NCBI GenBank assembly: GCA_037445395.1
Contig: JBBIKR010000023.1
Span: 1 to 32,044 of the forward strand
Direction of reading: 5' to 3'
From: Thermoflexales bacterium
GTDB taxonomy: Bacteria > Chloroflexota > Anaerolineae > B4-G1 > DUEL01
Length of the DNA stretch: 32,044 nucleotides
The notes beneath the pieces were generated by a model. The model ran no database searches and had not been told where the DNA came from. It was given only the letters and a program-made list of their open reading frames with translations. Made by a program: the position numbers and the translations under genes. Every line of letters begins with the position of its first letter. The first letter of the stretch is position 1. Positions 8,743 through 17,175 of the stretch are shown piece by piece.

Positions 8743-10407
8743 CTACTTTTTCCTGCGCGGCTTCCGACCGGCGGCCAGTCCCGCGATGCCCAGCCCTCCC
8801 AGCAACACCCCCGCCAGGAACACCGATACCGGCTCCGGCACCGTCGCGGAAGGCATGGATGCCGGGGTGGGAGTGGGAGGAGGGGGCGGGGAAACCGTCG
8901 CCGTCGGGGTCGGGGAAGGCGTGGGGGTGAACGTCGCCGCCGGGATGGGGGTGGGTGTCGGGGTGGGTGTGGCAGTGGGTGGGGGCGGCGGGGTCACGCC
9001 CGACGCGGTGGGAGACGGCGGCGCGCCGGCCCCGGCGCCGTTCTCCTCCACCAGCAGAAGCGGCATTCCCCCGATTCGGCATGGGTCATCGCCGCTACAG
9101 CCGGGGAGCGTGAGGAGATAATAGCCCCGGTCCGGGTGGACAATCCACGCCTCGCCCCGCGCGTTCACCAGCAGGGCGCGCGTCGTCTGGGCCGGCACCA
9201 TCAGGGTCTGGGTGATGGAGGTACGGGCCCACGCGACCGCCGTCACCTGCGGCCCCCGGTCCACCACCACCACGCTGACATCGTCCCGCCGTTCCCACTG
9301 GGCGGAACGGAAGCCCCCCAGATAGGTCGCGGCCACCTGATAGGCCGCGAAGGCCGGACGAGGAGCGCCGTGCGGACCGATCAGGCCGTACGGTGCCTCC
9401 CCCACCCCATCCACCATCCGGTATACGGCCACCCGTTCGGCCCCGCCCGCAATCCCCAGCGTCAGTGCCTGAAGGAGAAAGGCCGCCTGCTCCTCCGGCG
9501 TCCCTTCCCCACCCTCCTCCGACACCGGACTGCCGGTTTCCACCCATATCTCCTTCTCCAGGCCGTACTCCGCCAGCAGGCGACGGTAGAAGACGGTGAG
9601 GTCGTAGAGACTCTCCGGCTGGTCGTAAACATCCAGTGTCAGGACGTCAAAGTAAAAGCCGTGAGCGCGGGCCTGGGGGTCGGTCAACAGCGCGTCTATC
9701 AGGCGGCGGACGAAGGGGGGATTGCCCTGGAGGACGTCGGGCCAGTGGGACACACCGCCCAGGTGGATGACCGCGCGGGAGTTCGCGTCACGGGCAACCT
9801 TCCATGTGACGCGCAGAAGTCCGGCGAAGTCCGCCGCCGACCCGGGCCAGTTCTCCGCCCGGTCCGGCCCCTCCCAGACCACCCAGTGGTCAATCCGACC
9901 GGCGTACCGCCGGGCGACGGCCCCCACGAAGACCGCCCAGAGATTTTCGGGGTCATCGGGGGCGGTCTCCAGGCCCCGGGGCAGACCGGTGGCGGGGTCG
10001 GCGGCCCAGGCGGGCACACCGCTCAGCACACCCACTACCTGACGGCCCAGGGCCAGTTCCAGCGCCAGTTGCTCATCGGAGAGGGGCGGGTTCCAGTCGG
10101 CAGGGCCGAAGGGCTGGATTTCGTCCCAGCGGAAGGGGACGGTCGTCCAGCCGGCCCCCAGGTCGGCGGCCGCCCAGGGGGCCTCATGGGCCGCGACGAC
10201 GCCAAAGCGAGGGTCGGGCGCCAGTGCTTCCCCCCGCGCGGGCATCAGCAACCCGACCGCCAGAATCAGGCCGATGACCGGCAGGAGCAGGCGACGGGTG
10301 GCTACAGAAACCTTAAAATTGTTTCCAGGTACTGGACAATTTGCAAAAAGTGGTGTATAATGGTACATAGTGGAACGAAGTGGAACGATTTCCCCATTGA
10401 AGCCCAC
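8743..10407 (-). CDS. secreted clan GH-A (GH39/GH5-like) protein with Pro/Thr linker and PEP-CTERM-like anchor; start uncertain
   Basis: Signal-like RRLLLPVIGLILAVGLL..ALA, FRWDEIQP, RYAGRIDHWVVWEGPD, EIWVETG, PT-rich linker, VPEP + TM + RKPRRKK. Confidence 0.75.
   Translation of the reverse strand: MGFNGEIVPLRSTMYHYTPLFANCPVPGNNFKVSVATRRLLLPVIGLILAVGLLMPARGEALAPDPRFGVVAAHEAPWAAADLGAGWTTVPFRWDEIQPFGPADWNPPLSDEQLALELALGRQVVGVLSGVPAWAADPATGLPRGLETAPDDPENLWAVFVGAVARRYAGRIDHWVVWEGPDRAENWPGSAADFAGLLRVTWKVARDANSRAVIHLGGVSHWPDVLQGNPPFVRRLIDALLTDPQARAHGFYFDVLTLDVYDQPESLYDLTVFYRRLLAEYGLEKEIWVETGSPVSEEGGEGTPEEQAAFLLQALTLGIAGGAERVAVYRMVDGVGEAPYGLIGPHGAPRPAFAAYQVAATYLGGFRSAQWERRDDVSVVVVDRGPQVTAVAWARTSITQTLMVPAQTTRALLVNARGEAWIVHPDRGYYLLTLPGCSGDDPCRIGGMPLLLVEENGAGAGAPPSPTASGVTPPPPPTATPTPTPTPIPAATFTPTPSPTPTATVSPPPPPTPTPASMPSATVPEPVSVFLAGVLLGGLGIAGLAAGRKPRRKK
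10333..10361 (+). promoter_or_regulatory. dcw (Pmra) sigma70 promoter
   Basis: TGGACA-N17-TATAAT upstream of mraZ. Confidence 0.75.
10350..10389 (+). promoter_or_regulatory. MraZ operator repeats
   Basis: GTGG/ATGG/GTGG/GTGG at 10350, 10360, 10370 and 10380, an exact 10-bp period overlapping the -10. Confidence 0.8.
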
Positions 10408-10443
10408 ATTTTACGGCCCGTAGTGGAGGGAGGAGTAGAACAA

Positions 10444-10872
10444 ATGTTCCTGGGCGAGTTTGTCCACACCATAGACGATAAAGGGCGGCTGGTCATCCCG
10501 GCGAAGTTCCGCACCGCGCTGGCCAGCGGGATGGTGGTTACGAAAGGGATGGACCGCTGCCTGGTCATCTACCCGCTGGACAGGTGGCGGGAGTATCGGG
10601 AGCGCATCTCCGCCCTCCCGACAACGGATCGGAGCGCCCGGGACCTGCGGCGGCTGGTGTTCGGGAGCGCTGCCGACATCACCCCCGATTCGCAGGGCCG
10701 CTTCATCATTCCCTCCGCGCTGCGGCAGTACGCCGGTCTGGACGGGCAGGTGGTCATCGTCGGCTGCGACACCTACGTGGAACTCTGGAACCCCGAAGAG
10801 TGGAACAAGGTCCAATCCGAGATCAGCGAAGGGGAGGGGAACGCCGAGCGATGGGCCGCGCTGGGCGTCTGA
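10444..10872 (+). CDS. mraZ: transcriptional regulator MraZ
   Basis: [32 protein letters not shown]; GGAGGAG RBS. Confidence 0.96.
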   Translation: MFLGEFVHTIDDKGRLVIPAKFRTALASGMVVTKGMDRCLVIYPLDRWREYRERISALPTTDRSARDLRRLVFGSAADITPDSQGRFIIPSALRQYAGLDGQVVIVGCDTYVELWNPEEWNKVQSEISEGEGNAERWAALGV

Positions 10873-11804
10873 CCCCTGCCCCGGAGGAGTCCGACTCTTC
10901 GGTCCACGTCCCCGTCCTTTTACAAACGGTCGTTTCCCTTTTACAGGTGCGTCCCGGCGGCGTCTACATTGACGGGACGGTGGGCGGAGGAGGGCACGCG
11001 GCGGCCATTCTTGCCGCTTCCGTCCCCGACGGTCGGCTGCTGGGCCTGGACCGGGACCCGGCGGCGCTGGACGTTGCCCGGGAACGGCTGGCGCCCTGGG
11101 GAGACCGCGCGGTCCTCCGCCGGGGCTCCTTCGCCGACCTGCTGCGCCTGGCCGAGGGTTTCATCCCCGCCGACGGTGTGCTGCTGGACCTGGGGCTTTC
11201 TTCCCTGCAGTTGGCCGACCCCGCCCGGGGGTTTTCGTTCTCCCAGGACGGCCCGCTGGATATGCGCTTTGACCCGTCGGAGGGGCCGACCGCTGCCGAC
11301 CTGGTCAACACCCTTTCGGTCCGGGAACTGACAGACCTATTGTACCGATATGGCGAGGAAAAGCAAGCGCGGCGGATCGCGGAAGCCATCGTCGCCGCCC
11401 GCCCCATCCATCGGACCGCCGAACTGGCCTCGCTGATAGAGCAGACGGTCGGGCGACGGGAGCGGATTCACCCCGCCACGCGGACCTTCCAGGCGTTGCG
11501 CATCGCGGTCAACCGGGAACTGGAAGCGCTGGAGGTTGCCCTTCCCCAGGCGCTGGAACTGCTCCGGCCCGGCGGTCGGCTGGTGGTCATCAGTTTCCAC
11601 TCCCTGGAAGACCGCATCGTCAAACAATTCCTGCATCGGGAAGCGCGGGACTGCATCTGTCCGCCGGAAATTCCGGTCTGCGTCTGCGGGCATCGGGCGC
11701 AGGTACGGGTGCTGACCCCCAAACCGGTCCGGCCCGATGCGGCAGAGGTTGCCGCCAACCCCCGGGCCCGTTCGGCCCGGCTGCGGGCGGCGGAGAAGAT
11801 ATGA
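10851..11804 (+). CDS. rsmH: 16S rRNA C1402 N4-methyltransferase
   Basis: [55 protein letters not shown]; the nearest in-frame ATG overlaps the mraZ end. Confidence 0.94.
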   Translation: MGRAGRLTPAPEESDSSVHVPVLLQTVVSLLQVRPGGVYIDGTVGGGGHAAAILAASVPDGRLLGLDRDPAALDVARERLAPWGDRAVLRRGSFADLLRLAEGFIPADGVLLDLGLSSLQLADPARGFSFSQDGPLDMRFDPSEGPTAADLVNTLSVRELTDLLYRYGEEKQARRIAEAIVAARPIHRTAELASLIEQTVGRRERIHPATRTFQALRIAVNRELEALEVALPQALELLRPGGRLVVISFHSLEDRIVKQFLHREARDCICPPEIPVCVCGHRAQVRVLTPKPVRPDAAEVAANPRARSARLRAAEKI

Positions 11805-11805
11805 G

Positions 11806-11871
11806 TCACTGCAGAGACGCCAGGGGCGCGAAAAAGCAGAAATCTCTGCGTTCTCCGCGCCTCTGCGGTGA
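11806..11871. repeat. CACCGCAGAG...CTCTGCGGTG imperfect inverted repeat
   Basis: TCACTGCAGAGACGC ... GCGCCTCTGCGGTGA; related copies at 19738-19824 and 23041-23061. Confidence 0.75.
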
Positions 11872-11886
11872 AATACACTCTGGGCG

Positions 11887-12267
11887 ATGACGAAGAAGCG
11901 GAACCCGGAAGAAGTGGAGTCGCCGGTGAAAGGCGAGATGCCGTCCCGGCCCCGGCCCTCGCGCCAGCGAAAAGGGGGCTGGGACTTCGGGTTCCGTAAG
12001 GGAGGGGACCTGAACTCCAAGGGGGCGCTGTTCCTGTTGGGCTTGCTGAGCATCAGTGGGTTACTGGCGTCACTCTATCTGGGTCTGGTCAGTTATACGA
12101 CCATCCAGGCACGACACATTCAGGACCTTCGGGAAACCTTACTCCAGATTCAGGCCGACAACGCTTTTCTGGAACAGCAGATCGGGGAGAAGCAGAAAGG
12201 TCTATTCCAGCAGGCCATCCAGATGGGCTTCATCCCGGCCTCCCAGGTGGAAGTTGTGGGTCCCTGA
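11887..12267 (+). CDS. ftsL: FtsL-like cell division protein (true start possibly later)
   Basis: Lies between rsmH and ftsI; single TM, short coiled coil, AIQMGF..P end. Confidence 0.65.
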   Translation: MTKKRNPEEVESPVKGEMPSRPRPSRQRKGGWDFGFRKGGDLNSKGALFLLGLLSISGLLASLYLGLVSYTTIQARHIQDLRETLLQIQADNAFLEQQIGEKQKGLFQQAIQMGFIPASQVEVVGP

Positions 12268-12269
12268 CC

Positions 12270-13955
12270 ATGCCCGTCCATATCCGTCCCCGGCTGACGT
12301 TTCTGGTGCTTCTGCTGGTGCCCCTGGCCCTGCTCCTGGTCTGGCGCCTCACAGACGTCCAGGTCGTTCACGGCGCCACATATCGCCAGCAGGCGGTCCG
12401 GGAACGGATACGGAATCTGGCACTTCCCGAACCTCCCCGGGGTTCCATCTCCGACGCCAACGGTTTCCCCCTGGCCCTTAGCGAGCCCCACTACACCATC
12501 TGGGCCAGCCCGGCGTACATCACGAACGTCGGGGCAGTGGCGGAAATCCTCTCCCCGGTTCTCCAGGTTCCCGCCGAGACCCTCTCCGTAACGATGGCGG
12601 TTACATCCCAGGGCGTGATTCTGGCCCCCTTCGTCTCCCGGGAGCAGGGAGAAGAGGTCAAGAAGTTGAAACTGTCCGGAGTCTGGGCAAGATTGCACTG
12701 GCTGCGGCGGTACCCCCACGGGCCTCTGGCGGCACACCTGCTGGGCTTCACCGCCTACGGCGGGGAAGGATTCTACGGACTGGAGGGGTACTACGACCGC
12801 GTGCTCCGCCCCCAGACGGTGGAGGTGGTCACGGAGGCGGACCCATCCGGCACGCGGCCGATCCCCTACGCAGAAGGCCGGTTTCCCATCCCCCAGCGGG
12901 GCAACCACCTGGTGCTGACGGTGGACCTGGCCATGCAGATGGCCGCGGAGGAGGAACTGGCCCGGGGGCTGGAGGAGTTCGGCGCCGAAAGGGGGCTGGT
13001 CATCGTGATGGACCCTCGAACCGGGGCCATCCTGGCGCTGGCCGTCCAGCCGTCCTTTGATCCCAACGATTATCAGCGATACATGAACGAGGACCGGGAA
13101 GAGGTATTCCTGAACCCGGCCGTCAACACTCAGTACGAACCCGGCTCTATCCTGAAAATCATCACCCTGGCCGGCGCCCTGGATAGCGGCGCGGTCTCCC
13201 CTCAGTTTACGTACGTAGATACCGGGCGGATAGAGGTCGGGGGACAGGTCATCAGCAACTGGGACGGGAAGGCCTACGGGGAGCAGGACCTGGTCGGGTT
13301 GATGGGGCATTCGCTGAACGTGGGGGCGGCCACGCTGGCCGTGCAGATGGGCCCGGAGACGTTCTACCGCTACGTCCGGGCCTTCGGTTTCGGGCAACCC
13401 ACCGGGGTGGACCTGCAGGGAGAGGTGGCCGGAACGGTGCATATGGTAGGGGACCTGGACTGGTACGATTCGTACCTGGGGACCAATGCCTACGGGCAGG
13501 CCATTGCGGTGACGCCGATGCAGATGGCGGCGGCGGTGGCGGCGGTCGCCAACGGAGGTCGCCTGGTGCGGCCCTACGTGGTCGCCCGGCAGATTCGGCC
13601 CGACGGGTCGGTGCAGGAATCCCGCCCGGTCGTCCGGGGGCAACCGATTTCCCCCGAGACGGCCCGGGCGGTCACGGAGATTCTGGCCCAGGCCACGGAG
13701 CGCCACATGCCTCAGGCGACCGTCCCCGGCTACCGCATCGCCGGGAAGACGGGGACGGCCCAGATTCCGGTCCCCGGTGGGTACGACCCGCGCGGGACCA
13801 TCGCGTCGTTCGTGGGCTACGGGCCGGTGGAGGACCCGCACCTGCTGATCCTGGTGCGGCTGGACCGCCCCCGCTCCTCACCCTGGGCCTCCCAGACCGC
13901 CGCTCTTGTCTTCCAGCGGCTGGCGACCCGGCTGTTCCCGATGGCTGGAAACTGA
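12270..13955 (+). CDS. ftsI: class B penicillin-binding protein (FtsI-like)
   Basis: N-terminal TM, RGSISDANG, RRYPHG, GLEGYYD, EPGSILK (SxxK), SLN, KTGT. Confidence 0.92.
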   Translation: MPVHIRPRLTFLVLLLVPLALLLVWRLTDVQVVHGATYRQQAVRERIRNLALPEPPRGSISDANGFPLALSEPHYTIWASPAYITNVGAVAEILSPVLQVPAETLSVTMAVTSQGVILAPFVSREQGEEVKKLKLSGVWARLHWLRRYPHGPLAAHLLGFTAYGGEGFYGLEGYYDRVLRPQTVEVVTEADPSGTRPIPYAEGRFPIPQRGNHLVLTVDLAMQMAAEEELARGLEEFGAERGLVIVMDPRTGAILALAVQPSFDPNDYQRYMNEDREEVFLNPAVNTQYEPGSILKIITLAGALDSGAVSPQFTYVDTGRIEVGGQVISNWDGKAYGEQDLVGLMGHSLNVGAATLAVQMGPETFYRYVRAFGFGQPTGVDLQGEVAGTVHMVGDLDWYDSYLGTNAYGQAIAVTPMQMAAAVAAVANGGRLVRPYVVARQIRPDGSVQESRPVVRGQPISPETARAVTEILAQATERHMPQATVPGYRIAGKTGTAQIPVPGGYDPRGTIASFVGYGPVEDPHLLILVRLDRPRSSPWASQTAALVFQRLATRLFPMAGN

Positions 13956-14035
13956 TGCTTCATCCCGCCGATCGCTGACGTTCAGTTGTGGCCTTGTAGT
14001 ACAGGATTCATCCTGTCCTGATGCAGGATAAATCC

Positions 14036-14273
14036 CAATGCCACTAACATTTGGACGTGAGGCAGGCTTTTGAGCCTGCCGGCATCCTGGAAGGGCAGTA
14101 GCACAAAACACACCCTGTCATTGCGAGCCGCCGAAGGCGGCGAAGCAATCTCCCTGCGCCAAATAGGGGATTGCTTCGGGCGCTCCGCGCCCTCGCAATG
14201 ACACGGAACATGGCCTATATCGCACTGCCCATAAGGGTTCGTTTTGCGGAACTGCGAAAAGTTAGTGCCATTG
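14036..14273. mobile_element. 238-bp non-autonomous MITE with IS4-like ends
   Basis: TIRs CAATGCCACTAAC / GTTAGTGCCATTG (12/13); 10-bp direct repeat GGATAAATCC at 14026-14035 and 14274-14283; excision restores the REP arm. Confidence 0.8.
14116..14203. repeat. cruciform palindromic element (TGTCATTGCGAG type) inside the MITE
   Basis: TGTCATTGCGAG/CTCGCAATGACA outer stem, CCGCC-GAA-GGCGG, CGAAGCAATC/GATTGCTTCG, GGGCG/CGCCC arms. Confidence 0.8.
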
Positions 14274-14391
14274 GGATAAATCCTGCGCTACAATCGGGGT
14301 AGTATAGGATTTATCCTGTCCTGATGCAGGATAAATCCTGCGCTACAATCGGGGTGGTTCACAGGTGCGCAGGTACAGAGAGGTTGAAGAG

Positions 14392-15807
14392 ATGCTGTCG
14401 TTAGCGGATGTGGTGGAAGGATTGACGGGGGTGCGGCCGCCCGAACTGGAACAGCGGCCGACGGAGATGGTGGTGGATTCCCGCCTGGTCTCGCGGGACG
14501 GGGTCTTCGTCGCGCTGCGGGGGGAGCAGGCCGACGGGCACGACTACGTCGCCGACGCGCTGGCCCGGGGCGCCGCCATGGCGCTGGTCGCGCGGCCCCT
14601 GGAGGTCGCCGCGCCGGTGGCGGACCTGACCCTCTCGCCGCCCGCGCTCCCGGAGACGTGGACTCTGCCCGTCCTGCTGAAGGTCCCGGACCCGCTGGGC
14701 GCGCTCCAGAAACTGGCCGCCTTCTGGCGCCGTCGCCATTCCCCGCGCGTGGTCGGCGTTACCGGGAGCGTCGGCAAGACCACCACGAAGGAACTCATCG
14801 CCGACGTCCTCTCCCGCCGCTACCGCACCCTGAAGAGCGAGAAGTCCTACAATAACGAGATCGGCCTGCCGCTGACTCTGCTGCGGCTCACACCCGACAC
14901 CGAGCGGGTCGTCCTGGAGATGGGGATGTACGATGTGGAGGAGATCGCCCACCTGGCCGAAATCGCGCTCCCGCACGTGGGCGTCGTCACCATCATCGGG
15001 CCGGTCCACCTGGAGCGGGCCAAAACGATGGAACGCATCATCCAGGCCAAGACGGAACTGGTCCAGGCCCTGCCCCCCGCGCCGGAAGGGGTAGCGGTCC
15101 TGAACTACGACGACCCCAACGTCCTGGGGATGCGCGCGGCCACGAAGGCGCGGGTCTTCACCTACGGCCTCTCCCCCGATGCCGACCTCTGGGCCGACCA
15201 GATAGAGGGGCTGGGGCTGGAGGGGGTCCGTTTCCGGCTCCACTACCGGGGAGAGACTCTGCACGTCCGTATCCCGCTCCTGGGGCGGCACTCGGTCCAC
15301 ACCGCGCTGCGGGCGGCGGCAGTGGGGCTGGTAGAGGGACTCACCTGGCAGGAAATTCTGGAGGGGATGTCGGCGCCGTCGTCGCAACTGCGGCTGGTGG
15401 CGGTGCCCGGCCCGCACGGCTCCACCATTCTGGACGACACCTACAATGCCAGCCCGCCTTCTATGCTGGCCGCCCTAAACCTGCTGGACGAACTGGAGGG
15501 CCGGAAAATCGCCGTTCTGGGGGACATGCTGGAACTGGGCGACTACGAGCAGGAAGGGCACGAGAAGGTGGGCCTGCGGGCAATGGAGGTGGTGGACATT
15601 CTGATCACCGTTGGGCCGCGCGGGCGCATCATCGGCGAGACGGCCCGTCGCTGGGGCATGCCCGCCGACCGGGTCCATATTCTGGAGGACAACCAGGCCG
15701 CCGTCCGATTGCTGGAAAGCATGCTACAACCCGGAGACGTGATCCTGATTAAGGGTTCCCGCGCGATGCGGATGGAGGAGATCGTCAACGCGTTGAGCCA
15801 GGAATAG
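14392..15807 (+). CDS. murF: UDP-MurNAc-tripeptide--D-Ala-D-Ala ligase
   Basis: DSR, DGHDY, GVTGSVGKTTTKE, NNEIGLPLT, DDTYNASP, GDMLELG, KGSR. Confidence 0.95.
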   Translation: MLSLADVVEGLTGVRPPELEQRPTEMVVDSRLVSRDGVFVALRGEQADGHDYVADALARGAAMALVARPLEVAAPVADLTLSPPALPETWTLPVLLKVPDPLGALQKLAAFWRRRHSPRVVGVTGSVGKTTTKELIADVLSRRYRTLKSEKSYNNEIGLPLTLLRLTPDTERVVLEMGMYDVEEIAHLAEIALPHVGVVTIIGPVHLERAKTMERIIQAKTELVQALPPAPEGVAVLNYDDPNVLGMRAATKARVFTYGLSPDADLWADQIEGLGLEGVRFRLHYRGETLHVRIPLLGRHSVHTALRAAAVGLVEGLTWQEILEGMSAPSSQLRLVAVPGPHGSTILDDTYNASPPSMLAALNLLDELEGRKIAVLGDMLELGDYEQEGHEKVGLRAMEVVDILITVGPRGRIIGETARRWGMPADRVHILEDNQAAVRLLESMLQPGDVILIKGSRAMRMEEIVNALSQE

Positions 15808-15838
15808 CGGGGGAGCGGAGGAGCAGGGGGAGCGAGGA
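15806..15838 (+). repeat. degenerate 8-mer tandem repeat (AGCRGRGG-like, 4 units)
   Basis: AGCGGGGG AGCGGAGG AGCAGGGGG AGCGAGGA between murF and mraY. Confidence 0.5.
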
Positions 15839-15843
15839 AAAAC

Positions 15844-16842
15844 ATGGACTTTGCGCTGATTCTCGCCAGTATTTCCTTTCTTCTGGCAGTCGGATGGGGG
15901 CCGTTGCTGATCCGGCTGTTGCGCCGCTACCAGATCGGCAAGCGCATCCGCATTGACGGCCCCAGCGGTCATCAGGTCAAACTGGGCACTCCCACGATGG
16001 GTGGGATGATGATCGCGGTGCCGGTGCTCCTGATCACGCTGGGGCTGAACATTTACAACCTGGCTCAGCGCAACCTGGTCGGGCGCTCCATTCTGGTGCC
16101 GCTGGGGGTGATGATCATTTACGCCATTATCGGCGCGGTGGACGACCTGGCGGGAGTGCGCGGGGTTCGCCAGGGTGAGGGGCTGACGGCCCGCCAGAAA
16201 CTTCTCTGGGAGATCGGCCTGACGTTCGTCATTGCGCTGATTCTCCACTTTGGCCTGGGCCTGCGGAGCGTGGCCATACCGGGCATCCCCCAGAAGATAG
16301 ACATCGGCCTCTTCTACATCCCGGTAGCGATGTTCATCATCATCGGCGCGTCCAACGCGGTCAATTTCACCGACGGGCTGGACGGACTGGCAGGGATTAT
16401 CGCCGCCAGCGCGTTTGCGGCATACGGCATCATTGCCTACCTGCAGGGGCAGATTTACCTGGTCCGCTTCTGCTTCACGGTCGTCGGGGCCAGTTTCGCG
16501 TTCCTGTGGTACAATGCCCACCCGGCCCAGTTGTTTATGGGCGACACGGGGAGTCTGGCCCTCGGGGCCACGCTGGGCGTCGTCGCGCTGATGACCGGTC
16601 AGTGGCTGATCCTGCCGGTGGTGGCGCTGGTGCCGGTCGCGGAGGTCCTCTCGGTCATCATCCAGGTTTCGTACTTCAAATACACGAAACGGCGCTACGG
16701 GCAGGGGCGGCGGGTCTTCAAGATGGCTCCCCTGCACCACCACTTTGAACTCCTGGGCTGGTCGGAGACGCAGGTCGTCCAGCGGTTCTGGCTGATCGAA
16801 CTGATGGCCGCAATGGCGGGTGTGGCACTGGCGCTGCTATAG
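15844..16842 (+). CDS. mraY: phospho-MurNAc-pentapeptide transferase
   Basis: KLGTPTMGG, DD, NAVNFTDGLDGL, FMGDTGSLALG, MAPLHHHFE. Confidence 0.96.
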   Translation: MDFALILASISFLLAVGWGPLLIRLLRRYQIGKRIRIDGPSGHQVKLGTPTMGGMMIAVPVLLITLGLNIYNLAQRNLVGRSILVPLGVMIIYAIIGAVDDLAGVRGVRQGEGLTARQKLLWEIGLTFVIALILHFGLGLRSVAIPGIPQKIDIGLFYIPVAMFIIIGASNAVNFTDGLDGLAGIIAASAFAAYGIIAYLQGQIYLVRFCFTVVGASFAFLWYNAHPAQLFMGDTGSLALGATLGVVALMTGQWLILPVVALVPVAEVLSVIIQVSYFKYTKRRYGQGRRVFKMAPLHHHFELLGWSETQVVQRFWLIELMAAMAGVALALL

Positions 16843-16928
16843 TTGCCCGGGCTCGCCAGAGGCAGGTTATGATGATAGAGCCCTCAGGATTGAATAGCGG
16901 CAGCAATATCACTGGAGAAGGAGCCAGT

Positions 16929-17165
16929 ATGAACGCCACAAACTCCGGTCTTCTCTGGTTTGACGACAACCCCTACCGGGGAATCGGCGAGAAAATTCAG
17001 CGGGCGGTGGCCCGCTACCAGCAGAAGTACGGCCAGCGGCCGAGGGTCTGCTTTGTGCACCCCACCCTGCTGGGTGGGAACGGCCGTGCCCGGCCCATGC
17101 AGGTCGGCGAGGTGGAGGTCCGCCCTTCCCGCGCCGTCCTTCCGGATCACATCTGGCTGGTCTGA
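16929..17165 (+). CDS. hypothetical 78-aa protein
   Basis: AAGGAG RBS, protein-like sequence (GLLWFDD...RYQQKYGQRPRVCFVHP), co-oriented in the operon. Confidence 0.75.
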   Translation: MNATNSGLLWFDDNPYRGIGEKIQRAVARYQQKYGQRPRVCFVHPTLLGGNGRARPMQVGEVEVRPSRAVLPDHIWLV

Positions 17166-17175
17166 CCACCGCAGA

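Larger units (their letters stand above)
13996..14346. repeat. two tandem GTAG-type REP doublets (55-bp unit); first copy interrupted
   Basis: GTAGTAYAGGATTYATCCTG-TCCTGATG-CAGGATAAATCCTGCGCTAC at 13996-14291 (split) and 14299-14346 (intact). Confidence 0.85.

Noticed and set aside
8614-10443. 752-aa ORF as an N-terminally extended MraZ
   Set aside because: The extension is antisense to the GH-like gene; promoter and RBS support the start at 10444.
11884-12000. Canonical T-box or c-di-AMP riboswitch
   Set aside because: No TGGNACC antiterminator, motif order is reversed, and no ydaO consensus; kept only as an unclassified candidate.
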